Assembly (NCBI GenBank): GCA_026986535.1
Contig: JALSOK010000030.1
Location: 1-56,287, forward strand
DNA from: a candidate division WOR-3 bacterium
Lineage (GTDB): Bacteria > Hydrothermota > Hydrothermia > LBFQ01 > DSFT01
Reading direction: 5' to 3'
DNA: 56,287 bases
This document shows positions 18,870 to 27,106 of the stretch, in pieces (position 1 is the first letter of the stretch; every line of letters starts with the position of its first letter). Position numbers and translations under genes: made by a program. The notes under the pieces are model-generated. The model was not told where the DNA came from, searched no databases, and worked only from the letters and a program-made list of their open reading frames with translations.

Positions 18870-19133
18870 ATGGGCGCTTCGCTCCTCCTGGCCCTCCATT
18901 TCAGGATGGAGGTTTCGGATGGATGGTTCGGACCGGACAAGGTGAAGCATGCGGCCGTCTCTTATGTGCTGTACAGTGCGTCCCGCAGGGAAGGGAGAAA
19001 TGGGTGGGCCGTATCCATATCCGTGGGGCTGGGGAAGGAGATATACGACGGATTTTTCCGCAGGGGTTTCAGCTACAGGGATCTGGTATGGGACCTTCTG
19101 GGCGTGGGTCTTGCCAGTCTGCTGAGCAGATGA
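18870..19133 (+). CDS. Small membrane protein, DUF2279/YfiM-like
   Basis: 87 aa from ATG 18870. Pattern DKVKHAAVSY ... GLGKEIYDG ... FSYRDLVWDLLG. TATACT box 7 nt upstream. Family assignment is tentative. Confidence 0.4.
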   Translation: MGASLLLALHFRMEVSDGWFGPDKVKHAAVSYVLYSASRREGRNGWAVSISVGLGKEIYDGFFRRGFSYRDLVWDLLGVGLASLLSR

Positions 19134-19210
19134 TTCACCCGCCGGTCGAGGTCCTGGGATTTCCGACAGTATTCATGGGACTTTTCCGGCTCCTGCCCGC
19201 AATTCCCCTA

Positions 19211-19216
19211 TAAAAT
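19211..19216 (+). promoter_or_regulatory. -10 box TAAAAT, 6 nt upstream of the fadN-like ATG
   Basis: Reads CCTATAAAAT-TTTCCC-ATG. Confidence 0.5.
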
Positions 19217-19222
19217 TTTCCC

Positions 19223-21562
19223 ATGAGGAAGATCAAAAAGGTTGCCGTTCTCGGCGCAGGAACCATGGGATCCCAGATTGCTGCCCACATTGCCAATGCG
19301 GGATTTAATGTCCTTTTGCTGGACTTAAACAGGGATGTGGCCACTGAAGGACTCAGGCGGGCCCTCAAGGCTAAACCCGCTGCATTCATGGATCCGGATT
19401 TCAAGTTCCATATAGAGCTGGGCGGTTTCGACACTGACATGGAGAGAATCCGGGAGGCCGACTGGATCATAGAGGCTGTGGTGGAGCGTCTGGATATAAA
19501 GCGTAGCCTGTTCGAGAAGGTGGAGCAGAACATGAGGGAAGATGCCATCGTATCCACCAACACCTCCGGAATACCCATACACCTTCTGCTGGAAGGCCGC
19601 ACCGATGTCTTCAAAAAGAACTTCCTGGGGACCCACTTCTTCAATCCTCCCCGCTATATGAAGCTCCTGGAGATCATCCCCTCCAGCCACACCGATAAAG
19701 AAGTGATAGATACCATCGTGCGGTTTGCGGAGGACTATCTGGGTAAGGGCATCGTATATGCGAAGGATACCCCCAACTTCATCGCCAACAGGATAGGGGT
19801 CTTCTCCCTCATGTACGCCCTAAGAGTGGCTCAGGAGCTGGGCCTTGCCCCCGAAGAGATAGATGCCATTACGGGTAAACTCATCGGAAGGCCCAAGACG
19901 GCCACATTCAGGCTGGCGGACCTGGTGGGAATAGATATAATAGCCCATGTGGCCAGAAACATTTATGATCTGGCGGAGGATGACGAATTCAGGGACTTCT
20001 TCCAGATTCCCGATTTTCTCCAGAAGATGATAGAGAACAAACTCCTGGGCGATAAGACGGGTGGCGGATTCTATAAGAAGGTGGAAGGAAAGCGGATGGT
20101 TCTCGACCTGCAGAGTTTCGAGTACAGGGAGCCTAAGAAGGCCCAGTTCCCCGAACTGGCTGCCATAGAGAATGAGCAGGACCTTGGAAAGAGGCTTCAG
20201 ATGATCTTCAAAGCCGACGGGAAGGGGGCCGAATTCCTCAAGAGGACCCTGACGGCCACCCTAATATACTCAGCCAACAGGATACCCGAGATCGCCGATA
20301 CTATATACGATGTGGATAATGCGATGAAGTGGGGATTCGCGTGGAAGCTGGGGCCCTTTGAGACCTTCGATGTAATCGGTGTGGATACCATAATGGAGCA
20401 TGCGCAGAAGTACGGACTGCTGAAGAAGAATCCCGAAATCGTTCAGAAGCTGAAGGGCAGGGGATACGACAGGTTCTACAGGGACACCCGCCACTACTTC
20501 GATTTTTACGAAGAGGATTACAGGGAGATACCCCGCAGGAAGGAGATCATCATCATCGATGAGATTCGGGACAGGACCATCAATAAGAATGCCGAGGCTT
20601 CCGTCATCGATATGGGGGACGGGGTGCTCCTGCTGGAATTCCACTCGAAAGGCAACGCACTCGGATTCGGTACCCTTCAGATGCTTAACTACGCAATGGA
20701 CCTTATGGAGAACGATGACAGGTATATCGGAATGGTGATAGGCAACAATGCGGACAGGACCTTTTCCGCAGGTGCAAACCTGGGCCTTATGGCGATGGCC
20801 ATCGGGGAGATGGCATGGGATGAGATAGAGAGGGCCATAGATACCTTCCACAGGACCTTCATGCGCATGAAGTACTTCCCCAAACCCATAGTGGCTGCTC
20901 CCTTCGGTATCACTGTGGGAGGAGGAACTGAGCTCATAATGCACACAGCCCGCAGGGTTGCCCATGCGGAGCTGTACACCGGTCTGGTGGAGGTGGGAGT
21001 GGGTCTGATACCCGGAGCCGGTGGAAGCAAGGAGTTTACCATAAGGGCCCTCAAGAGGATTCCCGAAAACAAGGATATGCCTCCGGACCCGGTGCCTATA
21101 TGGGCCACTTTCTTTACCAACATAGCCATGGCCAAGGTGTCCAGTTCCGCCTATGAGGCGTATAAGATGGGCATCCTGACCGATGGGGACATAATCGTCA
21201 TGAACAGGGATTTCCAGCTCCACTATGCCAAGAATATGGTGATCGGGCTGGCCAATGCCGGATATACGCCGCCCCACGGCCCCGAAAGGGTCAGGGTCCT
21301 GGGATGGGACGGTTATTCCGTGGTTCTGTCCCAGCTGGTCAATCTCCTGAGGGGTAAGTTCATAAGCGAGCATGACCACTACATACTGACCAGACTTGCC
21401 AGGGTTATGACCGGAGGACCTGATGTGGCTCCCGGCACCCTGGTGGACGAGTGGACCATCCTCCAGTGGGAGAAGGAGGCGTTTCTGGATCTCATAAAGC
21501 AGCCCAAGACTCAGGAGAGAATATTCCACATGCTCAAGTACCGCAAACCTCTGCGCAACTGA
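19223..21562 (+). CDS. Fused 3-hydroxyacyl-CoA dehydrogenase / enoyl-CoA hydratase (FadN-type fatty-acid oxidation enzyme)
   Basis: 779 aa. N-terminal NAD-binding VAVLGAGTMGSQIA and HFFNPP motif. The C-terminal crotonase-like region has FSAGANL. Domain order matches FadN-type enzymes. Confidence 0.85.
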   Translation: MRKIKKVAVLGAGTMGSQIAAHIANAGFNVLLLDLNRDVATEGLRRALKAKPAAFMDPDFKFHIELGGFDTDMERIREADWIIEAVVERLDIKRSLFEKVEQNMREDAIVSTNTSGIPIHLLLEGRTDVFKKNFLGTHFFNPPRYMKLLEIIPSSHTDKEVIDTIVRFAEDYLGKGIVYAKDTPNFIANRIGVFSLMYALRVAQELGLAPEEIDAITGKLIGRPKTATFRLADLVGIDIIAHVARNIYDLAEDDEFRDFFQIPDFLQKMIENKLLGDKTGGGFYKKVEGKRMVLDLQSFEYREPKKAQFPELAAIENEQDLGKRLQMIFKADGKGAEFLKRTLTATLIYSANRIPEIADTIYDVDNAMKWGFAWKLGPFETFDVIGVDTIMEHAQKYGLLKKNPEIVQKLKGRGYDRFYRDTRHYFDFYEEDYREIPRRKEIIIIDEIRDRTINKNAEASVIDMGDGVLLLEFHSKGNALGFGTLQMLNYAMDLMENDDRYIGMVIGNNADRTFSAGANLGLMAMAIGEMAWDEIERAIDTFHRTFMRMKYFPKPIVAAPFGITVGGGTELIMHTARRVAHAELYTGLVEVGVGLIPGAGGSKEFTIRALKRIPENKDMPPDPVPIWATFFTNIAMAKVSSSAYEAYKMGILTDGDIIVMNRDFQLHYAKNMVIGLANAGYTPPHGPERVRVLGWDGYSVVLSQLVNLLRGKFISEHDHYILTRLARVMTGGPDVAPGTLVDEWTILQWEKEAFLDLIKQPKTQERIFHMLKYRKPLRN

Positions 21563-21571
21563 TTAGTGCTG

Positions 21572-21589
21572 CGGGGCTGTGCCCCCGCT
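21572..21589 (+). terminator. GC hairpin between convergent fadN-like and roadblock genes
   Basis: GCGGGG-(loop)-CCCCGC stem followed by TTT, located immediately after the 21562 stop. Confidence 0.45.
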
Positions 21590-21958
21590 TTACAGCATGA
21601 GCTCCTCCAGCTCTTCCCGGATTCCGGGAAGAACCATCCGTATCATACCGAGGTTCACCTCCCTGTCCGTGATGAGGGCCAGGATTGCATCCTCCCCGAT
21701 GCTGTAGAAGAACACTTTTCCATTCTCCCCCTCTATCATGAAGTCCTCTGCTTCCCCTATGTTCAGCTGGGGTGCCACTTTCTTCGAGAGAATCGCGATG
21801 GAGGAGATTATGGCAGATATGCGGTCCTCCTCTCCGGATGATTTCATATCGGAGGCCACGGGGAGCCCATCTATGGTGGAGATTACTATCCCCCTCAGTC
21901 CCTTCAGGTTCCTGAACAGTTTTTCGAATACTTTGCGAATTCCATCGGCGAGATTCAT
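21590..21958 (-). CDS. Roadblock/LC7 (MglB-like) domain protein
   Basis: 122 aa with the typical roadblock pattern (LRGIVISTIDGLPVAS ... ISAIISSIAILSKK ... FFYSIGEDAILALITD). SD AGGAGG upstream. Confidence 0.75.
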   Translation of the reverse strand: MNLADGIRKVFEKLFRNLKGLRGIVISTIDGLPVASDMKSSGEEDRISAIISSIAILSKKVAPQLNIGEAEDFMIEGENGKVFFYSIGEDAILALITDREVNLGMIRMVLPGIREELEELML

Positions 21959-22209
21959 ACAACAACCTCCTGTTCATGCGAATTTTAAAGGATGGAAATC
22001 GTCAAATAGTTTTTGAATACCTTATTAAGGGCACCTTCCTCCATCCTGCTGTCTGTCATCCGTTTAGTCCGTATGGGGGAGCAGGTGGCCGGTTCCATAC
22101 CCCTCCGGGATGGCAGTTAGCAGTTCTGTCAGTATAAGGGGGAAATGCTGTGGAATCGGGACCTTATATTTCCTCTGTTTGTATGGTATCTGAACAAAGG
22201 AGGTAGGCT

Positions 22210-24119
22210 ATGGTAATCTTCCTGATATCACTGTCGGGGGCGGGAAAGGGGAATCTCCTCATGCGTGCACTGGGGCAGAGGGCGGAGCGTGTCGGTAAAT
22301 ATGCTGGGGTGAAGGAGGGGGCGGGGAAATCCTCGCCATATGGTATTAATATTTCGAGGACTTCGAGGATAGCACGGCCGATGGATGGGAGATAATAGAT
22401 GGGAATGGGGATGGGGTTTCTTTTTCGGTGACTCCCTGCACATCGATAATACAGCCTCCTGCCGGATTCGGGGTCTATGCCCTCAATTACAGCGACGATG
22501 ATGCGGGAGGGGCTTCTTCCCCTGCGAGAGAAATGGCCATAAGTCCTCTGGTGTCCCTGTCCGATACTTCATCCCCCCCTCCTTTTGAGATACGATTATG
22601 GATGCGATTCCTGTGCACAGGACGACACCCTTCGAATTTACCTTTTAGCGGTTGCACCGGATTCGAGCGTGGATACCTTTATGCTGGGTGAGATTTCCCT
22701 GAGTAGCGGGGGCGATTCGGGGACTGCATATTACGACCTGGGTCCCTATGTGGGTGGTGCGGCGGGAATCAGGATTGCTTTCTCCTATGTGGATGCCGGC
22801 GGATGGAACTGGAATGCCGCATTCGACAATGGGGGAATCGACACCCCTTCTCCCGTGATCCTCTTTTCTGAGGACTTCGAGGATACGGCTGGAGTGGGGT
22901 GGGAGATAATGGATGGCGATGGAGATGGGGTTTCCTTTGCTATTACTTCCTGCCCTGCCATAAATCAGCCCCCCACCAGATGTGGAACTTTTGCCCTCAA
23001 TTACGATGATGATGCGGCGGGCGAATCCTCACCCCTGCGGATGAGAGCGCCATAACCCCTGCCGTAATTATTCCTCCCGGTGTGCTCTCCGTTATCGTGG
23101 CATACGACTACGGTTTCGAATCCTGCGAGCGGGACGATACGGTCGGTGTCTATGCCTTCCTCTATGATACGGTGCCGATTCAGGTGGTAAGGCCGGGTGA
23201 GCCCGATTCCGGAAGGTTCATGGCTTTCCTTCCCATCGGCGGGGTGGACAGCATCCGGATTCTATTTCACTATGCTGATGCCGGTGGATGGAACTGGAAT
23301 GCCGCATTCGACAATATCAGCATCATCTATGCGGAGAACAATATCGCCATACTCGATGTAATTCCTCCCGACATGGCGCCCTCGTGGCTCTGGATGCTGT
23401 TGGCACCCTCGGGAATATTGGACCTTCCAGGATAGCCGTTCGATTCTTCCGATGTATATCTTTTCAGCGGCCTTTATATAAGGAGAATCTTCTTCTACCA
23501 CTGCATCTCCGGGTGCGAGCAGGTGCTCCGGTGGTGGCGAGAATGCGGTTGCCCTGTATCCGGATGCAGGCGGATACCCGGACCACAGCGACCCCCTGTT
23601 CAGATATGTGTGGTGGAACTGGATTCCCTTTCCTCCGCCGATACTTCTGCCCTGAGAATCGGATATACCTATCCCTTCTATGTGGCCAGGGAGGTGGAGA
23701 ATCTCGAGATGAGTTTTCCCTTCGGGGTGGATGGGGGGTCCTGCTGGAGCGGAAGGGGTTGCTGGATTCAGTCGGATAGTCCTGGTCCCGCCTGGCATCT
23801 TCTGAGGGAGTACGGTGCCGATATGAGCAGCAACTGGATTCCGGGAATAGTGCTGGGGGGTGCCCCTATTGAGGGAGGCGAGGTTGTGGTGGTTCCGGGC
23901 GATGCGGAACTTCTTGTAGGGGTGGAGGATGGTTATGCATACCTGAGCAGGCCCCTGGACATGGATTTGTCCATAAGCATATACAACACTGCGGGAAGAC
24001 TCGTCAGGCATGTGCTGGTGCGCAGGGGGAAGAGGAGGGTTTTCCTCGGCAGAATGCCATCCGGTGCATACTTCTATGCGGCAGAAAATGGAAGGACAGG
24101 GGCCTTCATCGTCAGGTGA
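22210..24119 (+). pseudogene. Frameshift-fragmented gene for a secreted multi-module surface protein with T9SS-type C-terminal sorting domain
   Basis: The coding signal hops between frames: 22210 (frame 1), 22350-22691 (frame 0), 22585-23055 (frame 1), 23034-23435 (frame 0), then mixed frames to 24119. Two homologous modules are present (FEDFEDSTADGWEIIDGNGDGVSF.. / FSEDFEDTAGVGWEIMDGDGDGVSF.. and ..YVDAGGWNWNAAFDN / ..YADAGGWNWNAAFDN). The C-terminal end (LSISIYNTAGRLV...PSGAYFYAAENGRTGAFIVR) looks like a Por/T9SS sorting domain. Confidence 0.65.
22356..23315 (+). repeat. Tandem duplication of a roughly 0.5-kb protein module
   Basis: GAGGACTTCGAGGATA occurs at 22356 and 22870. The exact 30-mer GGATGGAACTGGAATGCCGCATTCGACAAT occurs at 22801-22830 and 23286-23315. 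Confidence 0.8.
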
Positions 24120-24123
24120 AAAT

Positions 24124-24142
24124 CGGGGGGATTTACCCCCCG
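24124..24142. terminator. Bidirectional hairpin between convergent genes
   Basis: Perfect CGGGGGG-ATTTA-CCCCCCG stem-loop in the 27-nt gap between the 24119 and 24147 gene ends. A/T-rich flanks on both sides. Confidence 0.5.
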
Positions 24143-24146
24143 TAAA

Positions 24147-26849
24147 TCAGCATCCGGATTCCTTTCTCCTCTTCTTCACAGGAGGGACGAACATGGGATT
24201 CTCCTGGACCCTTATGCGGGCATCCACGACTTTCGCCCCCTTCCCCTTTTCGAACACGATTACGGGGTTCATATCCATCTCCACTATGGGGCTCAGGTCG
24301 TCCACCATCTGTCCCACTCTCATTATGATTTCCTTCAATTTCTCCACATCGTATTCGGGGCCTCCGCGGTATCCCCTGAGGAGGGGATATGTTCTGAGGG
24401 ATGTGATCATCTCCTCCGCATCTATATCCGTGATGGGGGTGATTCTGACGGATATGTCCTTGAGGAGCTCCACATAGATGCCCCCCGCTCCAGTCACCAC
24501 TATGGGACCGAATATGGGGTCGTGGGTGACGCCCACCAGCATCTCCTGTCCCCTGGGGACCATCTCCTGAATCATCAGCCCCTTCACCCTGTATCCCTTT
24601 TCCTCGAGGGATTTCACCATCTCCTGTGCTGTTTTTCTGACATCTTCGGGCCTGATGTTGAGCCTGACGCCTCCCACATCCGTCTTGTGGGTCACCCCCT
24701 CTATTACTGCTTTTATGGCCACCGGAACACCCAGTTCTCTGGCGAATGCCTCCGCCTCATCGTAGTCCTTCACCACCTTCATGCGGGCTGTTGGTATTCC
24801 GTACGCATTCAGCACGGCCCATGTGTCCTCCGGCGAGAGCCACTCATCGCCGCGGGAGAGGGCTCTGGATATCACGATTGCCGCATCCTCTTTTCTGACA
24901 TCGTCGAACTGGGGCACCTGCCCCTCCGGGCGGCGCAGGTATTTCCCGTACTCCATCGCTTTGGAGAGGGCCCTGGCTGCAGTTTCCGGGAAAGGATAAG
25001 AGGGTATCTTTATATCCCCCTCCTGAAGCAGGTTGGATATTCCGGCCGATGCCATGAAGACGGAGAGAACGGTTATGTTGTTGCCCTCCTGCCTCAACTC
25101 CTTCACTGCCTTCAGGATGTTCTTCGCCACATCCTGCGGGCTTATGAGCAGGGGCTGGATGAAGATCACTATGATGGCGTCCACTTCACCGCTGTTCGCC
25201 ACCACCTTTATGGCCCTGTAGTAGTTCTCCGGCGTGGCGGATGCGATCATGTCCACGGGGTTGTAGAATCCGGCTTCCGGAGGCAGGAACTCCTTCAGTT
25301 TTCTGATGGTCTCTTCGGACAGCTCCGGAACCTCCATCCCGAAGGCCTCGCTGGCATCTGCCGCCAGTATTCCCGCCCCTCCGGCGTTGGTGATGATCCC
25401 CACCCTGTTTCCTGCGGGAACCGGCTGTGTGGCCAGCAGAGCCGCCACCTCGAACATCTCCTCTATCGTATCCGTTCTTATGACTCCGGACTGATGGAAC
25501 AGGGCGTTGACGGTTACATCCGAAGTGGATACCAGCGCTCCCGTATGGGACTGGGTGGCCCTGAACCCTGCGGAGGATCTTCCGCTCTTGACCGCTATTA
25601 TGGGTTTCTTCTTTACTATCCTCTTTGCAATCCGGGAGAATTTGCGGGGATTTCCGAAGGATTCCAGGTACAGGAGGATGATTTCTGTCATGGGGTCCTC
25701 TTCCCAGTAGAGCAGAAGGTCATTTGCCGATATGTCGGCCTTATTGCCCACGGAGATGAAGTTGGACATACCCAGCCCCAGCTTGTTGGACTGGTCTATA
25801 ATCGTCACCCCCAGGGCCCCCGACTGGGAGAGGAATCCTATTTTGCCGGGCATGGGGACGAATGGGGTGAACTGGGCGTTGAGGCGCACTTTCGGGTCCG
25901 TATTCACTATGCCCAGGCAGTTGGGTCCTATGAGCCTCATTCCATACTGCCTGCATATCTGGACCAGCTCCTCCTGTAGCTTCCTTCCCTCTTCGCCGGT
26001 TTCTGCGAATCCTGCGGTGATGACCACGAGGGCCTTTACCCCCTTTTCCCCCGCCTCCCGGGCAACCTGCGGAACGAATCTGGCTGGAACCGTTATCACC
26101 GCCAGGTCTATTTCATCGGGTATGTCTTTTATGGACCTGTATGCCTTTACCGACTGGACCACATCCGCACGGGCATTGACCGGATATACGGGGCCGTTGA
26201 ACTGGTAGCTCAGGATGTTCCAGAAGATTTCACCGCTCACACCTCCCCTCTTTCTGGACGCTCCTATGACAGCGACGCTCCGGGGGTAGAGGAAGTACTT
26301 AAGGGCCTCTCTGGCCGCTATTGCTTCCTTCTCCTCGAAGTACCTCAGGGCTTCCGGCAGGAGGGATGAGGGGACTATTGCCGTGACCATTCCCGGCTTC
26401 GTTTCCAGTTTTACCGGGAATCCCAGTTTCTTGAGGACGCTGAGCATCCTGTAGTTGCCCTCCGATACGGATGCGTGGATTTCGTTGATTCCGTTGAGGC
26501 GGGCAAACTCTATGATGTGGCCGGTCAGAAGGGTTCCAAGCCCCTTCCCCTGGAAATCGTCCGCTATGATGAGGTGAATGCTGGCTTTGTCCTCATCGAT
26601 TCTCTCGAAAGAGGCGTGTCCAACTATGCGGTCGTTTCTGAGGGCTATCAGCACCCCCCTTCCTTCCGATGGCATCAGTTTTTCCACCGCCTCTTCGGGG
26701 GGGATGTCTTTAAGAAATCTCAATCTCAGGCTTTCTATCGAGAGCCTTTTGACGAAGTCTTCTATGAGGGGTCTGTCCTGCTGTGTGGCGCTCCTTACCT
26801 CCACAACGGAGCCGTCGTTCAGGGTGAGAACTTCTTTGTATGTTTGCAT
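24147..26849 (-). CDS. GNAT acetyltransferase fused N-terminally to an ADP-forming acyl/acetyl-CoA synthetase (CoA-binding, ligase-CoA and ATP-grasp domains)
   Basis: 900 aa. GNAT motif A is FQGKGLGTLL near residue 100. CoA-binding VAVIGASRKRGGVSG. The conserved phosphohistidine context QSHTGAL is present. ATP-grasp region at the C-terminus. Confidence 0.85.
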   Translation of the reverse strand: MQTYKEVLTLNDGSVVEVRSATQQDRPLIEDFVKRLSIESLRLRFLKDIPPEEAVEKLMPSEGRGVLIALRNDRIVGHASFERIDEDKASIHLIIADDFQGKGLGTLLTGHIIEFARLNGINEIHASVSEGNYRMLSVLKKLGFPVKLETKPGMVTAIVPSSLLPEALRYFEEKEAIAAREALKYFLYPRSVAVIGASRKRGGVSGEIFWNILSYQFNGPVYPVNARADVVQSVKAYRSIKDIPDEIDLAVITVPARFVPQVAREAGEKGVKALVVITAGFAETGEEGRKLQEELVQICRQYGMRLIGPNCLGIVNTDPKVRLNAQFTPFVPMPGKIGFLSQSGALGVTIIDQSNKLGLGMSNFISVGNKADISANDLLLYWEEDPMTEIILLYLESFGNPRKFSRIAKRIVKKKPIIAVKSGRSSAGFRATQSHTGALVSTSDVTVNALFHQSGVIRTDTIEEMFEVAALLATQPVPAGNRVGIITNAGGAGILAADASEAFGMEVPELSEETIRKLKEFLPPEAGFYNPVDMIASATPENYYRAIKVVANSGEVDAIIVIFIQPLLISPQDVAKNILKAVKELRQEGNNITVLSVFMASAGISNLLQEGDIKIPSYPFPETAARALSKAMEYGKYLRRPEGQVPQFDDVRKEDAAIVISRALSRGDEWLSPEDTWAVLNAYGIPTARMKVVKDYDEAEAFARELGVPVAIKAVIEGVTHKTDVGGVRLNIRPEDVRKTAQEMVKSLEEKGYRVKGLMIQEMVPRGQEMLVGVTHDPIFGPIVVTGAGGIYVELLKDISVRITPITDIDAEEMITSLRTYPLLRGYRGGPEYDVEKLKEIIMRVGQMVDDLSPIVEMDMNPVIVFEKGKGAKVVDARIRVQENPMFVPPVKKRRKESGC

Positions 26850-26855
26850 GAAGAA

Positions 26856-26861
26856 ATTTTA
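26856..26861 (-). promoter_or_regulatory. -10 box TAAAAT, 6 nt upstream of the GNAT-ACS ATG
   Basis: The minus strand reads GTATTTAAAAT-TTCTTC-ATG. Confidence 0.5.
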
Positions 26862-27032
26862 AATACCCGATGAAATTCATATTGTATCGGTGGGTTTTAA
26901 TTGCACCGCCGCCTGTCCGTGCCGGAATCCGGATTTACATACTACATTAAAAAATAAAACATTTAAAATCAATCATTTTTTGAAAAATTGTTGATGAATG
27001 TAAGTGAATTTGTTTATATAATTGATATTGCG

Positions 27033-27056
27033 TGTAAAAAGTTTTCACATTAAAAT
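27033..27056 (+). promoter_or_regulatory. Candidate promoter with imperfect palindrome abutting a TAAAAT -10 box
   Basis: TGTAAAAAGTTTTCACA (27033-27049) is followed by TAAAAT (27051-27056) inside the most AT-rich spacer of the window. A further TGTGAAAA lies at about 27082, and SD GGGAGG lies before ATG 27107. Confidence 0.3.
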
Positions 27057-27106
27057 TAAGCAGATTTAAAGAGTTCGCTCCGTGTGAAAATGGGAGGTAG
27101 GTTATT

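Noticed and set aside
22300-23450. The internally repeated, frame-hopping region might be the variable target of a diversity-generating retroelement or a CRISPR-like array.
   Set aside because: There is no reverse transcriptase and no template-repeat copy with A-specific differences. The repeats are about 0.5-kb protein modules at roughly 75 percent identity, not 25-40-nt direct repeats separated by unique spacers.
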